Part shown: positions 62,870 to 64,000 of the stretch, in pieces
Layout: each line of letters starts with the position of its first letter
How positions within the stretch are numbered: position 1 is the stretch's first letter
Source: Paraspadella gotoi
Lineage: Eukaryota > Animalia > Chaetognatha
Direction of reading: 5' to 3'
Length of the DNA: 64,000 nucleotides
Assembly: GCA_051294375.1 (NCBI GenBank)
Contig: CM119264.1
Location: 26,446,008 to 26,510,007 of the forward strand
The notes under the pieces: generated by a model
The model's database searches: none
What the model was told of the DNA's origin: nothing
Seen by the model: the letters and a program-made list of their open reading frames with translations, nothing else
Program-made: the position numbers and the translations under genes

Positions 62870-64000
62870 CTTTCGTTTTCGAGGTTGTCGTCTCTTCGCC
62901 TTCCTCGCCCTCTTTCGCGCGGGAAAGCTGACGGGAAGGTCGTCCCAATCCATCGCCACATAATCTCATTTACATATTTTAGTAATTACCTCCTTTCGAC
63001 TTTTTAATGGTTTTTTCTTTTTGATACGTTACTGGAGAAGAAACTGCTATAAATAAATGTTAAAGATGACATGTCTCTAACGGAATTTTTCGGACAATGG
63101 AACAAATTTAGTTCAAACAGATGAATGATGTGATTTTTTGATGATTTATTTAATGAATTTTGGAATCCTTTATAATTTTTTGCGGTTTTTTTGTATCAGT
63201 TAGTATTTACATTTTAACATTTTTAAATGTTCGGAATTAGTTTTGCGTCATATAAAGTTGTGAATTGAGAAAAAATTGGAGACTTTTTTCTGTCGACTGA
63301 ATTGGTCTAATTTGTCCTCATGCTGTTTAGTTAAATGAAGTTAAAAACAAAATAATTTTTGACTTGACCTATTTGATATATTTCTGTTTTTAATCACTTT
63401 CGAATACTTGATTCTGTCCAAATAAATTAATTTTATTGCCGCTCCACACACGCCCCGCAAGGAAGACGAGAAATAAATTCCCTTCCGGTATCGGAAAAGA
63501 ACGACGTGATCATAATCTCTAATTAATGGAAATTTTAAAGAAATAAACAAACAAACACGAAACGTAAAAAGTAAACAAAGGAAATAAAACGCGAGAGAAA
63601 AAAAAAACACAGAAGCCTGGGAAAAAAAAAGAATCTTGAAAAAAAAAAGCGATGGGGGGAAAACTATAACGAGAGACCCGGGGCCGATTAAATAGTTTCA
63701 GGGCCACATCGATGGCTGCGGCCCGCGACTCCAGCCGCTGCCGCCGCCGCTGCTGCCTACGACTCACGCTGCAGCAGCCTGCTCCAGCTTGCCTTGCCCG
63801 CAAAACTGTCGCCCCGTTATACATTTCCATCTCGGATGTTAAAGCCTTTCTTGCCCGAAAACCATCGACGTTCCTTTCGCTCCAGCGTCGGCTCCTACTT
63901 CTATTTCTACCGCTTCCGCTGCCGCTCCTGCCGCGTCGTTCCTGCCGCTCCTGCCGCGAATCGCGAAGGCGGCGGAAGAAGTCGACGAAAATCAAAATAA
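62870..64000 (+). repeat. Forward copy of about 41545-42728
   Basis: tttcgttttcgaggtt... through ...aaatcaaaataa matches in the same orientation. Confidence 0.9.

Overview
AT-rich, (CT/GA)n-rich invertebrate-like eukaryotic DNA with spliced genes, from a draft assembly patched with error-rich long-read sequence. Reading splice sites by hand gives: (1) the 3' part of a double-WAP Cys-rich gene at the left edge; (2) a partial, frameshifted Ty3/Gypsy LTR retrotransposon (6.9-10.45 kb, minus strand) whose pol reads RT-thumb, RNase H, an apparent OTU-like cysteine protease, then integrase (HHCC, DDE, GPY/F), an architecture I do not recognise from described LTR elements; (3) a head-to-tail array of five divergent paralogues (11.5-33.7 kb, minus strand) encoding signal peptide + truncated TSP1-like Cys module + TSP1 domain + TM + short tail, one apparently secreted; (4) many repeats: two tRNA-derived SINE-like families, Tc1/mariner- and Kolobok-type MITEs, DINE-1/HINE-like elements, two solo LTRs, and Penelope-like remnants including an intact minimal hammerhead ribozyme; (5) from 45.2 kb onward, a second haplotype of 23.6-41.5 kb in inverted orientation that rejoins the forward sequence at about 41,545. 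This suggests a heterozygous ~18 kb inversion, with empty sites for two insertions. Most listed ORFs beyond 38 kb are microsatellite artefacts. No database searches were possible, so all family assignments come from motif recognition.
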